From an uncultured Chloroflexia bacterium (GTDB lineage Bacteria > Chloroflexota > Limnocylindria > Limnocylindrales > CSP1-4), in assembly GCA_963829105.1 (NCBI GenBank), contig CAWHHF010000018.1, forward strand, positions 41,374 to 105,373: a DNA stretch of 64,000 bases, given 5' to 3'. Under the pieces are notes generated by a model that searched no databases, had not been told where the DNA came from, and saw only the letters and a list, made by a program, of their open reading frames with translations. The stretch's first letter is position 1. The number at the start of each line of letters is the position of its first letter. Shown here in pieces: positions 18,442-28,228 of this stretch. A program made the position numbers and the translations under genes.

Positions 18442-21255
18442 GTGGGCTCGCTGTGGGCTGCCGGACTGCTCCTGCGCCGGTTCCGGGCCGAGATGGGGAC
18501 GCTCCTCCTCCTGTTCGTCGTGATCGCGGCGACGAGCTTCCTGTTCGCCGCTGCACCTCGCCTGTTCGATCGCGCATCCGACGATGGGCTGCGGTACGCG
18601 GCGCTTGCCGTCGATCCCCTTCAGCGGGACCTGGTGCTGGCGGAGGTCAACAGCCTGTCCCCGGGCGTCGACGGCGGTGTCGCCGAGGTGCGCGCCCACG
18701 GAGACCAGGCCGCGGAGCGGTTCCCCGCCTCGCTCGCCGCGCTGATCTCCGATCGCTCGCTGCGCGTTACCACCGCCCGCTTCTCGGTGACCGACCCGCC
18801 CACCAACTACGAGACCTACGTATCCCTTCGCTACCAGGACGGCCTGACCGATGCGTCCCGGCTCGCCTCCGGGCGCTGGCCCGTCGATCGAGGAGTCGCG
18901 CTGCCGCCGGCCACGGCGGTGTTCGGGTCTGAGACGCCGGCCGGTGGCAACCCGCCCGAGCCGGTGATCCTCGAGGCTGCGACCTCGACGGCCGTGGCTA
19001 CCGAGATCGGTGTGCACGTGGGCGATCGCCTGGCGGTGACGCTGGACGGCAGGGACCCACTGCTCGAAGGCGCCCACCGTCAGGTGGTCCCCATCCAGAT
19101 CGAGGTGGTCGGGCTCTTTGAGCCGATTGACCCGCACGCGCCGTACTGGTCCGGGGACCCGAGTCTGCGGGTCGTGCAGATGGGAACGTGGGACACCCCG
19201 GTTGCCCGGTTCACTGCCTACATCGCCGCCGAGACATACGGCGCCGTCTGGAGCAGTGGCCTGCCGTTCCGCTACGAGTGGCGCTACCAAGTCGACCCGC
19301 AGCGTCTCGTCGCAGGGCAGGTCGCACAGTGGCAGGAGGATCTGCGGCACCTGGACTTCGTCACCGGATTCTCGGAGCTCGCGTTACCCGGCACCGTCGT
19401 CATGCGCAGCGGCCTGCTCCGGATCCTCGATACATTCGCCACGCAGCTCGCGCGGTCGGAGTCGATCCTGTCGATTGCCGCCATCGGCCCGTTCCTCCTG
19501 GCGGGCGGCGTCCTGGGCATGCTCGCCATCCTGCTGGGCACGCGCCGGCGCGCCACCCTGGTGCTCGCCCGCGGCCGCGGAGCGTCCGGCTCGGTAGTGC
19601 TGGGCACGCAGCTGTGGGAGGCCGTGATCCTCGCCGGAAGCGCATGCCTGGTAGGGCTGCTTGCCGCGACGATCGCAATCCCCGCGCGAGCCGGACCGCT
19701 CTCCCCGGTGCTGGCGATCGCGGTCGGGGGGGCAGCCATCCTCCTGTTGATGGGCTCCGCCTGGCCGATGGCACGGCGCCCCCTCGGCCAGCTGGAACGG
19801 GACGACCAGCCGCAGCACGGGGTGGCCCCGCGCCGCCTCGTCATCGAGATGACGTTCGTGGGCATCGCCGTCGCGGGAATCCTGCTGATCCGCGAGCGTG
19901 GCCTGAGCCTTCCCGTCGACGGCAGCGTCGGCCACTTCAACCCGCTGCTCGCGGCGGTTCCGGTGCTCTGCGGTCTGGCGGCAGGGATCGTGGCCCTGCG
20001 TCTCTACCCGCTGCCCATCCGTGGCCTCGGGGGGCTGGCCGCCAGGCGTCGCGGCCTCGTCTCGGTCCTCGGCCTGCGGACGGTGGGCCGGCACCCGGCT
20101 GCAGCGAACCTCGCGCTTCTCGTGCTGATGCTGACCGCCGCTGTCGGGGCTTTCTCCATGGTGATCGTCTCGAGCATCGATCGAGGACAGCATGTCGCTC
20201 CGTACCTCGACGTGGGCGCCGATTACCGGATCGAGACGATCGGGATCGGCGCGCTGCCACCGTCGCTGGATCCTGCCGCAATCCGCGGTGTCGAGGCCGT
20301 GGCGGCCGGCGTCATCGACGCGTCTGCCGGCTTCGCGAGCACGGCGAACCAGCGGGCCAGCATCTACCTCGACGCCGTCGACCCGCGAGCCTACGAGGCG
20401 GTTGTCGGCGGCACGCCCGCAGATCCGGGCTGGCCGAGCGCTTTCCTGGCCGAGCCGACGGGAGCCGGCCTCGGAACGGAGGCGAACCCGGTCCCGGCCA
20501 TCCTCTCCGCCCGGCTGCCGGCGGGCAGCGCCAATCTCGCGTTGGGCGACACGTTCCGGATCGTGGTGCTCGGCCATGACCAGGTGTTCCGGCTCGTCGG
20601 GCAACGGACGAGCTTCCCCGGGATCGGTGAGCCGGCCTCGTTCGCGGTTGTGCCCCTCAACTGGGTCCAGGCCGCGTGGGGGAGCCAGCCTCTGCCGCCA
20701 TCGGTGATGTGGCTGCGGGCGCCCGAGGAGGTCGCGGGGTCCCTGGCGGCGACCGTCCCCGAGGCGGGGGACGAGGTGCGCATCGTCTCGCGTTACGACG
20801 CCTACGCGTCGCTCCACGATGCGCCGCTCGGGGCGGCGATCGCCACGGGCTCCGGCATGGCGATGGTCCTTGCCACGATCTACATGGCGCTTGCCATCAT
20901 CGGCGCCGTCGTCCTGTCCGCGGCACGCCGAAACCAGGACGTCGCATACTTGCGAACCCTCGGTGTCACCGCTTCCCAGGCACTCGCGCTCAGCCTCACG
21001 GAGCATGTCACCCCCGTGCCGTTGGCGCTCATCCCCGGGGTGGCGCTGGGCGTCGGTGTCGCGTTCCTGCTCGAGCCCGGTCTGGACCTGGCCTCGTTTG
21101 CCGGGACCAGCGGCCTTCCGCTGTCCGTTGACCTGACGTGGCTGTCGCTCATGGTCGCCGCGCTGATCGGGGTGGCGGTGGCGGCGGTCTGCGTCGGGAC
21201 CTGGCTCTCGCTTCGGGCCTCCGTGGTGGACGCGCTGCGGATCGGCGAGCATTGA
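18442..21255 (+). CDS. Large FtsX-family (MacB-type) ABC permease, two FtsX domains, intact
   Basis: 937-aa ORF. N-terminal TM, large extracytoplasmic regions, and FtsX signature ...[43 protein letters not shown].... Starts 2 nt after the previous stop. Confidence 0.85.
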   Translation: MGSLWAAGLLLRRFRAEMGTLLLLFVVIAATSFLFAAAPRLFDRASDDGLRYAALAVDPLQRDLVLAEVNSLSPGVDGGVAEVRAHGDQAAERFPASLAALISDRSLRVTTARFSVTDPPTNYETYVSLRYQDGLTDASRLASGRWPVDRGVALPPATAVFGSETPAGGNPPEPVILEAATSTAVATEIGVHVGDRLAVTLDGRDPLLEGAHRQVVPIQIEVVGLFEPIDPHAPYWSGDPSLRVVQMGTWDTPVARFTAYIAAETYGAVWSSGLPFRYEWRYQVDPQRLVAGQVAQWQEDLRHLDFVTGFSELALPGTVVMRSGLLRILDTFATQLARSESILSIAAIGPFLLAGGVLGMLAILLGTRRRATLVLARGRGASGSVVLGTQLWEAVILAGSACLVGLLAATIAIPARAGPLSPVLAIAVGGAAILLLMGSAWPMARRPLGQLERDDQPQHGVAPRRLVIEMTFVGIAVAGILLIRERGLSLPVDGSVGHFNPLLAAVPVLCGLAAGIVALRLYPLPIRGLGGLAARRRGLVSVLGLRTVGRHPAAANLALLVLMLTAAVGAFSMVIVSSIDRGQHVAPYLDVGADYRIETIGIGALPPSLDPAAIRGVEAVAAGVIDASAGFASTANQRASIYLDAVDPRAYEAVVGGTPADPGWPSAFLAEPTGAGLGTEANPVPAILSARLPAGSANLALGDTFRIVVLGHDQVFRLVGQRTSFPGIGEPASFAVVPLNWVQAAWGSQPLPPSVMWLRAPEEVAGSLAATVPEAGDEVRIVSRYDAYASLHDAPLGAAIATGSGMAMVLATIYMALAIIGAVVLSAARRNQDVAYLRTLGVTASQALALSLTEHVTPVPLALIPGVALGVGVAFLLEPGLDLASFAGTSGLPLSVDLTWLSLMVAALIGVAVAAVCVGTWLSLRASVVDALRIGEH

Positions 21256-21271
21256 CATGCATGGAGGACGC

Positions 21272-22276
21272 ATGACCCAGGACCTCACCCGGCTCGTCGA
21301 CGCGCCGGTAGGAGATCTCACCCCGAGGATGGCCCGAGCTGCTCCGGAGCCGAGCCGCGAGTCCCACGACGGCGCGCTGATCATGTGCGACAACCTGGTG
21401 AGGATCTACAAGGTCGCCGACCTCGAGGTGGTGGCCCTCCAGGGGTTGGACCTGCTGGTGGAGGCGGGTGAGTTCATCGCCCTGGTCGGGGCCTCGGGCA
21501 GCGGCAAGAGCACCCTCATGAACATCCTCGGCGGGCTCGACGCCCCGTCGGCCGGACGGGCGGTCGTCGCCGGCCATGTTCTCGGCGAGATGGGCCGCGG
21601 GGAACGTTCGGACTACCGACGCCGGGTGATCGGCTTCGTGTGGCAGCAAACGTCCCGCAACCTGTTCTCATATCTCACGGCCCGCCAGAACGTCGAGCTC
21701 CCCATGCTTCTCAACGGGGTTGGCCGCCACGAGCGTGGGGAGCGCGCCACCGGCCTATTGGCGCGGGTGGGGCTGGCGCACCGGAGCGACCACCGTCCGG
21801 AGCGCCTCTCCGGCGGCGAGCAGCAGCGCGTCGCGATCGCCGTCGCGCTTGCCAACGAGCCGGCAGTCCTGTTCGCCGACGAGCCCACGGGCGAGCTTGA
21901 CACGACCACTGCCCACGACGTGTTCGATCTTCTGCGGACCGTGAACCATGAGCTCGGCGTGACGATCGTGGTCGTCACCCACGACCCGTTGGTCAGTGAG
22001 CAGGTGAGCCGTACGATCGCCATCCGCGACGGGCGAACGAGCAGCGAGACGCTCCGCCGACGTGCGGTCTCCGAGCAGGGCGACCACCACATCATCAGTG
22101 AGGAGTACGCCGTTCTCGATCGAGCCGGGCGCCTCCAGCTGCCTCGCGGCCACGTCGAAGCCCTGGGGCTCGAGCGACGAGTGCGGCTGGCGCTCAAACC
22201 CGACCACATCAGCGTCTGGCCGGACCGCGACCATTCCGGGGACGGCGATGGCCGGGCCGACGGGACGGACGCCTGA
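21272..22276 (+). CDS. ABC transporter ATP-binding protein (MacB/LolD-like) with about 100-aa C-terminal extension
   Basis: Start chosen at ATG 21272 (GGAGGA 3 nt upstream). Walker [10 protein letters not shown], signature [12 protein letters not shown], Walker B VLFADEPT. The tail ...[40 protein letters not shown] resembles an AbrB/SpoVT-type swapped-hairpin motif. Confidence 0.9.
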   Translation: MTQDLTRLVDAPVGDLTPRMARAAPEPSRESHDGALIMCDNLVRIYKVADLEVVALQGLDLLVEAGEFIALVGASGSGKSTLMNILGGLDAPSAGRAVVAGHVLGEMGRGERSDYRRRVIGFVWQQTSRNLFSYLTARQNVELPMLLNGVGRHERGERATGLLARVGLAHRSDHRPERLSGGEQQRVAIAVALANEPAVLFADEPTGELDTTTAHDVFDLLRTVNHELGVTIVVVTHDPLVSEQVSRTIAIRDGRTSSETLRRRAVSEQGDHHIISEEYAVLDRAGRLQLPRGHVEALGLERRVRLALKPDHISVWPDRDHSGDGDGRADGTDA

Positions 22277-23070
22277 TGGGCGACCTTCAATCCGCGCTGC
22301 CCGAGCAGCGGCCGGCAGGCGATCCGAGCGCCCCGCCCATGGTCGAGACGCGCGACCTCTCGCGCGATTACGCGATGCCGGGAGAGCTGGTCCACGCCGT
22401 GCGCGACGTGAGCCTTCGGGTGGGCCGGGGCGAGCTGGTAGCGCTGCGAGGACGGTCTGGATCGGGCAAGACCACATTCCTGTCCATGGTCGGCGCTCTT
22501 GATCGACCGACGCGCGGCAGCGTCTCGGTGGATGGCACGGTGGTCTCGGACCTGCCGGAGTCGCAGCTCATCGACTTCCGGCGGCGGAAGATCGGCTTCA
22601 TCTTCCAGGGGTTCGGCCTCATGCCCATCCTCTCGGCCGCGGAGAACGTCGAGGTCCCCCTCCGCCTCGTGCGGACCGAGCCCCGGGAGCGCGACCGACG
22701 CATCCTCGAGCTGCTCGGGATGGTCGGCCTGAGCGGCCGGGCCAACCACCGTCCGCAGGAGCTGTCCGGTGGCGAGCAGCAGCGCGTGGCGATCGCCCGC
22801 GCGCTGGCCAATCGACCCGACCTCCTCCTGGCCGATGAGCCGACCGGGCAGCTCGACTCGCAGACCGGGCGGAGCATCATGTTGGTGATCCAGCACCTCG
22901 TGCGGAGCGAAGGTGTGACCGCCATCGTGGCGACACACGACCCCATGCTCATCGACCTGGCAGACCGTGTGATCGAGTTGCGGGATGGCCGGCTGCAGGA
23001 CGACGGCTTGGCCACCGCCCATGCCGATGCAGCGTCAGCCCCGACCGCCGGCATGGACAACCGCGGCTGA
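22276..23070 (+). CDS. ABC transporter ATP-binding protein (MacB/LolD-like), second ATPase of the cluster
   Basis: 264-aa [39 protein letters not shown]. Start overlaps the upstream stop by 1 nt. Confidence 0.9.
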   Translation: MGDLQSALPEQRPAGDPSAPPMVETRDLSRDYAMPGELVHAVRDVSLRVGRGELVALRGRSGSGKTTFLSMVGALDRPTRGSVSVDGTVVSDLPESQLIDFRRRKIGFIFQGFGLMPILSAAENVEVPLRLVRTEPRERDRRILELLGMVGLSGRANHRPQELSGGEQQRVAIARALANRPDLLLADEPTGQLDSQTGRSIMLVIQHLVRSEGVTAIVATHDPMLIDLADRVIELRDGRLQDDGLATAHADAASAPTAGMDNRG

Positions 23071-23089
23071 TATACCGCCTTGTGGGTCG

Positions 23090-24493
23090 ATGATGGCACC
23101 GACCCCCTCGGGGAGACCGGCGTCCGGCTATCCGGCAGATGACCGTTGGGCCTAGTGTCCGGCCCCCGACCTCTGGCCGTGAACGGTGATCGGGATCCGG
23201 CGGCTTGGACCGGTGATCGGATAGGTCAGCTGACGTCGACCGGAGGAGCGGGTACCCCTTGGGGTCCGCCGAAGGAGGCTGGCCTGATGACGACGATCGG
23301 GATCGACATCGGGGGACGGATGCACGTCGCGGCGAGATGCCGGGACGGCGAGGCCCGGGCCGACCGCGAGATCCTGCGGGTCAGCCAGGACCGGGCCGGG
23401 TTCACCGTCCTCGACGCCTGGCTCGAGCGACAGCCGGAGCCCGTGACCCTCGTGACGATGGAGTCGTCGGGCCACTACTGGATGCCGCTCGCCAGCCACC
23501 TGCGCCGGCACGACGTCCCGGTCGCCGTGGTCAACCCGCTCGCGGCGAAGTACTTTGCAAGGAGCCGCCTGGGCCGGACGAAGTCCGACCCGGCCGATGC
23601 CCGGAGCCTCGCCGAGATGGCCATGCGCGACACCCCCGACGCCCGCGACCCGCTCGCCGGCGTCGAGCTGCGCCAGGCGGCCCGCTTCGCGATGACCCTG
23701 GTCACCGAGCAGGCGAAGGTCTGCCAGCGCCTGGTCCGCCTGGTCGAGCTGGGCTTCCCGGAGCTCGGCGAGCTGTTCGACGATCCGACCTGCCGGACCG
23801 CCCGGGAGGTGCTGCGGATCGCCCCCACAGCCCGGACGGCAACGAGGCGTCGGACGGCGACGCTGGCCAACGCCAACGGCCGTCCCGGCCATCGCCGCCT
23901 CGGGACGGCGAAGGCGGAGCGGCTCCAGGCCGCCGCGGCCGACTCGATCGCTGTCCCCGAGCTCGATGCGGAGGTCGCCTTCGAGGTCCGCCTGCTGCTC
24001 GACCAGTACGACCTGCTCGAGCGCCAGATCACCGACGCCGACCGGCGGGTCGCAGGGCTCCTCGACGGCGAGACCGCCCGTCGGCTCCAGACGATCCCGG
24101 GCGTCGGGCCCTCGATCGCGGCGACCCTCATCAGCGAGATCGTCGACATCGGCCGGTTCGACGACTTCGACCAGCTCCTCGCGTTTGCCGGCGTCCATCC
24201 GGCGGAGCGGAGCTCGGGGCGGAAGGGATCGAACCCGGAAACCTCCTGGCACATGAGCAAGGCGGGCAACAGCCACCTCCGGGCAGCCGCCTATCGGATG
24301 GCCCTGGTCGGGATCCAGCACAACCCGGTCATCGCCGCCCACTACGCTCGCAAGCGCGCCGCCGGCAAGTCGAAGATGAACGCCCTGGGCCACTGCATGC
24401 GCAAGGCCCTGGCCATCGTCTGGGGCGTCTGGCGCAACGGTCAGGACTTCGACCCCAACTGGGGGGTCGAAGCTTGACAAGACCCTATGGGAT
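23090..24493 (+). mobile_element. IS110-family insertion sequence (ends not resolved: left end somewhere in 23071-23286, right end within 24478-24493)
   Basis: A single DEDD-type transposase gene wedged between two convergent host genes (stops at 23070 and 24494). Long 5' non-coding arm (up to 216 nt) and very short 3' arm (up to 16 nt). No terminal inverted repeats, as expected for IS110. Confidence 0.6.
23287..24477 (+). CDS. IS110-family transposase (DEDD recombinase)
   Basis: ATG 23287 preceded by GAAGGAGG. Product MTTIGIDIGGRMHVAARC...VTMESSGHYWMPLASHL...VAVVNPLAAKYFA...KSDPADARSLAEMA...IPGVGPSIAATLISEI...SGRKGS...MSKAGNSHLRAAAY: the IS110 N- and C-domain hallmarks. Confidence 0.9.
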   Translation: MTTIGIDIGGRMHVAARCRDGEARADREILRVSQDRAGFTVLDAWLERQPEPVTLVTMESSGHYWMPLASHLRRHDVPVAVVNPLAAKYFARSRLGRTKSDPADARSLAEMAMRDTPDARDPLAGVELRQAARFAMTLVTEQAKVCQRLVRLVELGFPELGELFDDPTCRTAREVLRIAPTARTATRRRTATLANANGRPGHRRLGTAKAERLQAAAADSIAVPELDAEVAFEVRLLLDQYDLLERQITDADRRVAGLLDGETARRLQTIPGVGPSIAATLISEIVDIGRFDDFDQLLAFAGVHPAERSSGRKGSNPETSWHMSKAGNSHLRAAAYRMALVGIQHNPVIAAHYARKRAAGKSKMNALGHCMRKALAIVWGVWRNGQDFDPNWGVEA

Positions 24494-25009
24494 CTAGGCC
24501 GCATCGGGGATCGGCTCCTCAGCCGATCCCTGCTCGACCCGCCGGACCCGGAGCGCCTGGTCGACGGCGAGCCGGCGAAAGCCCTGCTGGTCGCCGGCCG
24601 TGAACCGGGCCGCCACCGCCTTCATCGGGACGATCTCCGGCTCGTCGACCCCGTAGGTCTGCCCCTCGTGCACGATGGTGGCGGACCCGGCTGCCAGCAC
24701 GTTCTGGAGCCAGTTCGTGCGGGAACCGTACACGAGCGCGATCAGGAACCCGTCGTCGTCAGCCACCACCCCGACGGGCGTCTCGTACGGTCGGCCCGAG
24801 GTCCGGCCGCGATGCCGGATCACGGACGCGTACGCTCCAGGCGTGCCCGCCGATCGCATCTGCTTCGGGTTGATGACCGCGCGCTGGATCCGGATGAGGG
24901 GCCTGAGCACGAGCGGCGACTTCGTCCGCATCCCCAGCAGGAACACGAGCGCGAGCGCCACGACTCCCACGAACAGGGCGCCCGCGAGGGTCGCCACTTG
25001 CATCAACAT
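24494..25009 (-). CDS. Deazaflavin (F420H2)-dependent reductase family protein (DDN-like) with N-terminal membrane anchor
   Basis: 171-aa ORF. N-terminal TM ATLAGALFVGVVALALVFLL, then ...IRHRGRTSGRPYETPVGVV...LVYGSRTNWLQNVLAAG.... Confidence 0.8.
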   Translation of the reverse strand: MLMQVATLAGALFVGVVALALVFLLGMRTKSPLVLRPLIRIQRAVINPKQMRSAGTPGAYASVIRHRGRTSGRPYETPVGVVADDDGFLIALVYGSRTNWLQNVLAAGSATIVHEGQTYGVDEPEIVPMKAVAARFTAGDQQGFRRLAVDQALRVRRVEQGSAEEPIPDAA

Positions 25010-25106
25010 CGGGTGCCTCCCTGGTTGGTTGTGTCGCCTGCTACACTGTAAGCTGACGGTGTAAGCCTACGACTACACTGTAAGCCTGTCAAGGGTGAGG
25101 AATCCG

Positions 25107-25793
25107 ATGGCGAAACCGCCGACCGAGTCCACGCTGCCAGCGGCCTCCGGACGCACGCCGCTCAGCCGCGACCGCGTCCTCGAGGCGGCCGTCGCGCTTG
25201 CCGATGAAGACGGCCTGGAGGCCGTGTCGATGCGCAGGCTCGGCCAGGTGCTGCGGGTCGAGGCGATGTCGCTCTACAAGCACGTGGCCAACAAGGACGA
25301 CATCCTCGACGGCATCGCCGACCTCGTCGTGGGCGACTTCGAGGTGCCGTCCGGGGACGTCGACTGGAAGGCGGCCATCCGGCGGAGTGCGATCTCGGCC
25401 CACCAGACCCTGCTCCGCCACCCATGGGCCAGCAGCCTTATCGAGTCCCGCCTCAGCGCCGGTCCCGCGAGGCTGCGCTACCTGGACGCGGTGATCGGCG
25501 TCCTCTCGGCCGCTGGGTTCTCGATGCCGGTGGCCGTGCGCGCGATCATGGCGCTCGACAGCCACACCTACGGCTTCGTGCTCCAGGAGCTCGCCTGGCC
25601 GTTCGACGACGAGAACGCTGCGGAGGTGGCGGCAGCCTTCGCACAAGCTCTTCCCGCGGGCGACTACCCGAACCTCCTCGCGATGGCCAATATGGCGGCG
25701 ACGACGCCGGGCGGCGCCCCGGTCGATTTCGCGTTCGGGCTGGACCTGATCCTCGACGGCCTGGAGCGCGTCCGGGACGCCGCCTACCACTGA
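25107..25793 (+). CDS. TetR-family transcriptional regulator (paralogue of 13765..14427)
   Basis: ATG 25107 after GGTGAGGA. Product ...RDRVLEAAVALADEDGLEAVSMRRLGQVLRVEAMSLYKHVANKDDILDGIADLV.... Divergent from the 24494..25009 reductase gene. Confidence 0.9.
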   Translation: MAKPPTESTLPAASGRTPLSRDRVLEAAVALADEDGLEAVSMRRLGQVLRVEAMSLYKHVANKDDILDGIADLVVGDFEVPSGDVDWKAAIRRSAISAHQTLLRHPWASSLIESRLSAGPARLRYLDAVIGVLSAAGFSMPVAVRAIMALDSHTYGFVLQELAWPFDDENAAEVAAAFAQALPAGDYPNLLAMANMAATTPGGAPVDFAFGLDLILDGLERVRDAAYH

Positions 25794-25814
25794 TCGGGGG
25801 TGATGGTCGCCGCC

Positions 25815-26594
25815 CTACCGCGTGACGGCGACCTGACCCGGGACCCCGACGGGCCTGCGATCGGGCCTGTGGTCGGGCGCGCCCGGAGACCTCACTCCCT
25901 TCACGAGCAGGTAGCCCAGCAGCCAGACCTCGGCGATGGTCGGCAGCATCATGGCGGACGAGTTGAGCGCATCCCCGGACGCGGGGTCCAGGAACACGGC
26001 AAGCGCCCCCACCAGCCAGCCGGCGCCTCCCACCACGAGCGCGACACCCATCGCCCTGGGGAACAGCCCCGACGCGTAGGCGAGGTACCCGAGCGGCACC
26101 AGCCACAGGCCGTAGAAGACCTGGGCGATGACGGAGCCGGCGTGATGCATGTCGAGCAGGAGCAGCGCCAGGGCTTTCGATCCTGCGGCTCCGAAGGCGG
26201 CCGCATAGGACGGCTCGGTTGCGACCAGCAGGGCGGCGACCGGGAAGACCTGCTTGACGCAGACGATGGCTGCCCCGACGGCGACGAGGACCACCATCGC
26301 ACGAGCCCGGCCCCCGTTCACGTGACGCAGCAGCAGGTAGAAGGCCATCGCTGTGAAGATCCAAGCCGCCGCCTGGACCAGGTCGGCAACGACGCCAGCC
26401 CGGACGAGTCCTGCGTTCGCCACCAGCTTCTGGGCGGTTGCGGCGGCGTCGTCTGGTACGTACACCGTGCCGGTCGCGCAGTTGAACGAGAAAGCGGCGA
26501 AGACGGCCACGATCAGGTAGAGGACACCTGCAATCCTCGCGCGGCGCTTGGGCGAGGGCTTGGCCCGGGCGGAGTGGATGATCGCGTTCATCAT
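25815..26594 (-). CDS. DUF4386-family polytopic membrane protein
   Basis: ATG 26594 after GAAGGAGAGAC. Product MMNAIIHSARAKPSPKRRARIAGVLYLIVAV...WLVPLGYLAYASGLFPRAMGVALVV...IAEVWLLGYLLVKGV. Confidence 0.75.
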   Translation of the reverse strand: MMNAIIHSARAKPSPKRRARIAGVLYLIVAVFAAFSFNCATGTVYVPDDAAATAQKLVANAGLVRAGVVADLVQAAAWIFTAMAFYLLLRHVNGGRARAMVVLVAVGAAIVCVKQVFPVAALLVATEPSYAAAFGAAGSKALALLLLDMHHAGSVIAQVFYGLWLVPLGYLAYASGLFPRAMGVALVVGGAGWLVGALAVFLDPASGDALNSSAMMLPTIAEVWLLGYLLVKGVRSPGAPDHRPDRRPVGVPGQVAVTR

Positions 26595-26648
26595 GTCTCT
26601 CCTTCGCTGCCCGAGTGCGGGAACCCCCGGGCAGCGCACCTCGCCGAC

Positions 26649-27395
26649 TCAGGCCGGCCGCCCGGCGGCTGCGGTGCCCCGCCACCTCGTTGTCTCACCG
26701 GCAGGCTCGGCAGCGATCACGGATGAGTTGAAGCCCTTGGCGATCAGCCACACCGCCAGGACCATCTCCTGCACGGCGAGCGGGGCCATGAGGACGCCGA
26801 GCGAGAGCCCGAACATGCTCCCAATCGCCGGCACGATGTAGAGCGCTGCCCCTCCGAGCCCCCACGTGGACAGCCACCGGGGCACGAGCCGCGACCGGTA
26901 GAGCAGGAGGTAGAACATGAGCGCGCCGAGCGCGAACGGGATGGCGATCAGCTGGTCCCAGGTCACGGTCTCGGTCGTGCGCACGAAGCCGGCCAGCGGG
27001 CCCGCGTCGGGCTGCTTGCTGAGCGCGATCAGCAGCAGCCAGCCCAGCGCGCCGACGAGGTAGGTGACCGTCTCGAGCCCGCCCCGGAAGACGACGTAGC
27101 CCATGGCCAGCGTCTCGTCGTACCGCCTGCCGACCGGCCAGAACACGACCGGGACCATTGCGAGCGCGAAGCCCATGAGCAGGACGAGCAGGGCTCCGAT
27201 CGCCAGCTGGTTCGGCTGCGCGGCGACCTGGGCGAGGTAGGCGGGGCCCGCCAGGACCGGGTCCGTGACGATCAGGCTGAGGGCGCCCGCGACCGTCCCG
27301 ATGATGAACAGCACGCCGATCCAGGCGGCTGCCTTCCGATCCGCGCTCATGCCTGGCTTCGGGGCAATTTCGGCGATCGTTCGGTTCGTGTTCAT
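26649..27395 (-). CDS. DUF4386-family polytopic membrane protein (closest paralogue of 6409..7155)
   Basis: ATG 27395 after AGGAGAGAAGAGC. Product MNTNRTIAEI...AAWIGVLFIIGTVAG...YRSRLVPRWLSTWGL...PLAVQEMVLAVWLIAKGF. Confidence 0.8.
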   Translation of the reverse strand: MNTNRTIAEIAPKPGMSADRKAAAWIGVLFIIGTVAGALSLIVTDPVLAGPAYLAQVAAQPNQLAIGALLVLLMGFALAMVPVVFWPVGRRYDETLAMGYVVFRGGLETVTYLVGALGWLLLIALSKQPDAGPLAGFVRTTETVTWDQLIAIPFALGALMFYLLLYRSRLVPRWLSTWGLGGAALYIVPAIGSMFGLSLGVLMAPLAVQEMVLAVWLIAKGFNSSVIAAEPAGETTRWRGTAAAGRPA

Positions 27396-27455
27396 GCTCT
27401 TCTCTCCTATCACTGGGCAGGCCGAACAGGCCTCGTGCACTTGGCTGGAATCGGA

Positions 27456-27480
27456 CCCCGCCGCGCCTTGGTCGGCGGGG
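27456..27480 (-). terminator. GC-rich hairpin between the reductase and DUF4386 genes (possible attenuator or processing site)
   Basis: CCCCGCCG-cgccttggt-CGGCGGGG, an 8-bp perfect stem. No clear U-tract. Confidence 0.3.
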
Positions 27481-27518
27481 TGTGGTCCTCGAGTCCGTCG
27501 AGGTCCGGGGGAGGACCC

Positions 27519-28001
27519 CTAATCGGATCGGGGCGACAGGATGACGACTGCCGTCTCCCGGGAACGCAGGGAGGCATAGCCGTCGAGATCCTTGTCGTAG
27601 ACGGCCCACATGGCCCACAGGCGAGGCCGTTCGTCCTTGTGCGCGGCACGTCCACGGACGGCGCGCGACCCTCCGGGGAGATCGACGGTCACATCGGGCT
27701 GAGCCTGCAGGTTGAGCCACCAGGCGGGCTCGGCATCGGCCCAGCCGTTCATGGCCATGGTGACGAGGTCGGGACCATCCTCGAAGTAGCCGAGGATGGC
27801 CACTCGCTCCTCACCGGTGCGGCGTCCGACCGTCCGCAGCCGCATCATGCCCCAGCGGTCGGCCTTCGCGGTCCGGAGGCCGATCCGGCCGCGGGTGACC
27901 GAGTAGAGGGCGCGTTGCGCGATCCAGAACGAGCGGATGAACCAGCGCGGCTGCAGGGACGGCGACTTCTTCGGCGGTTCTGCGGCGGTCGGGGCGGTCA
28001 T
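27519..28001 (-). CDS. Deazaflavin (F420H2)-dependent reductase family protein (DDN-like), paralogue of 5945..6412
   Basis: 160-aa ORF with ...WGMMRLRTVGRRTGEERVAILGYFEDGPDLVTMAMNGWADAEPAWWLNL.... 4-nt overlap with the upstream XRE gene. Confidence 0.85.
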   Translation of the reverse strand: MTAPTAAEPPKKSPSLQPRWFIRSFWIAQRALYSVTRGRIGLRTAKADRWGMMRLRTVGRRTGEERVAILGYFEDGPDLVTMAMNGWADAEPAWWLNLQAQPDVTVDLPGGSRAVRGRAAHKDERPRLWAMWAVYDKDLDGYASLRSRETAVVILSPRSD

Positions 28002-28228
28002 GGTCTCTCCTCGGAGTCCGGGTAGTGGAAGACGTCATCCAGGCCGACGCCGAAGGCTCGGGCGATCTGGAAGGCCATCTCCAACGTGGGTGAGTACCTG
28101 CCCTGCTCGATGGCGATGATCGTCTGGCGCGTCACGCCGACTCGATCGGCCAGGTCCGCCTGGGTCATCTCGCCGTTGGCGAACCTCAGCAAGCGGATCG
28201 AGTTGGTGACGCGGGTCGGCTTCACCAT
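27998..28228 (-). CDS. Short XRE-family helix-turn-helix transcriptional regulator
   Basis: 76-aa ORF with IRLLRFANGEMTQADLADRVGVTRQTIIAIEQGRYSPTLEMAFQIARAFGVGLDDVF. Confidence 0.9.
   Translation of the reverse strand: MVKPTRVTNSIRLLRFANGEMTQADLADRVGVTRQTIIAIEQGRYSPTLEMAFQIARAFGVGLDDVFHYPDSEERP

Noticed and set aside
17467-21393. 627-aa and 669-aa minus-strand ORFs (17467..19350, 19384..21393)
   Set aside because: They are antisense to the two FtsX permease genes. Their R/G/P/D/H-rich sequences have no hydrophobic or enzyme motifs.
1056-24493. Composite transposon bounded by the two insertion sequences
   Set aside because: The two elements belong to unrelated families (IS1182/IS5-type DDE versus IS110 DEDD) and share no sequence, so they cannot mobilise the intervening 20 kb as a unit.
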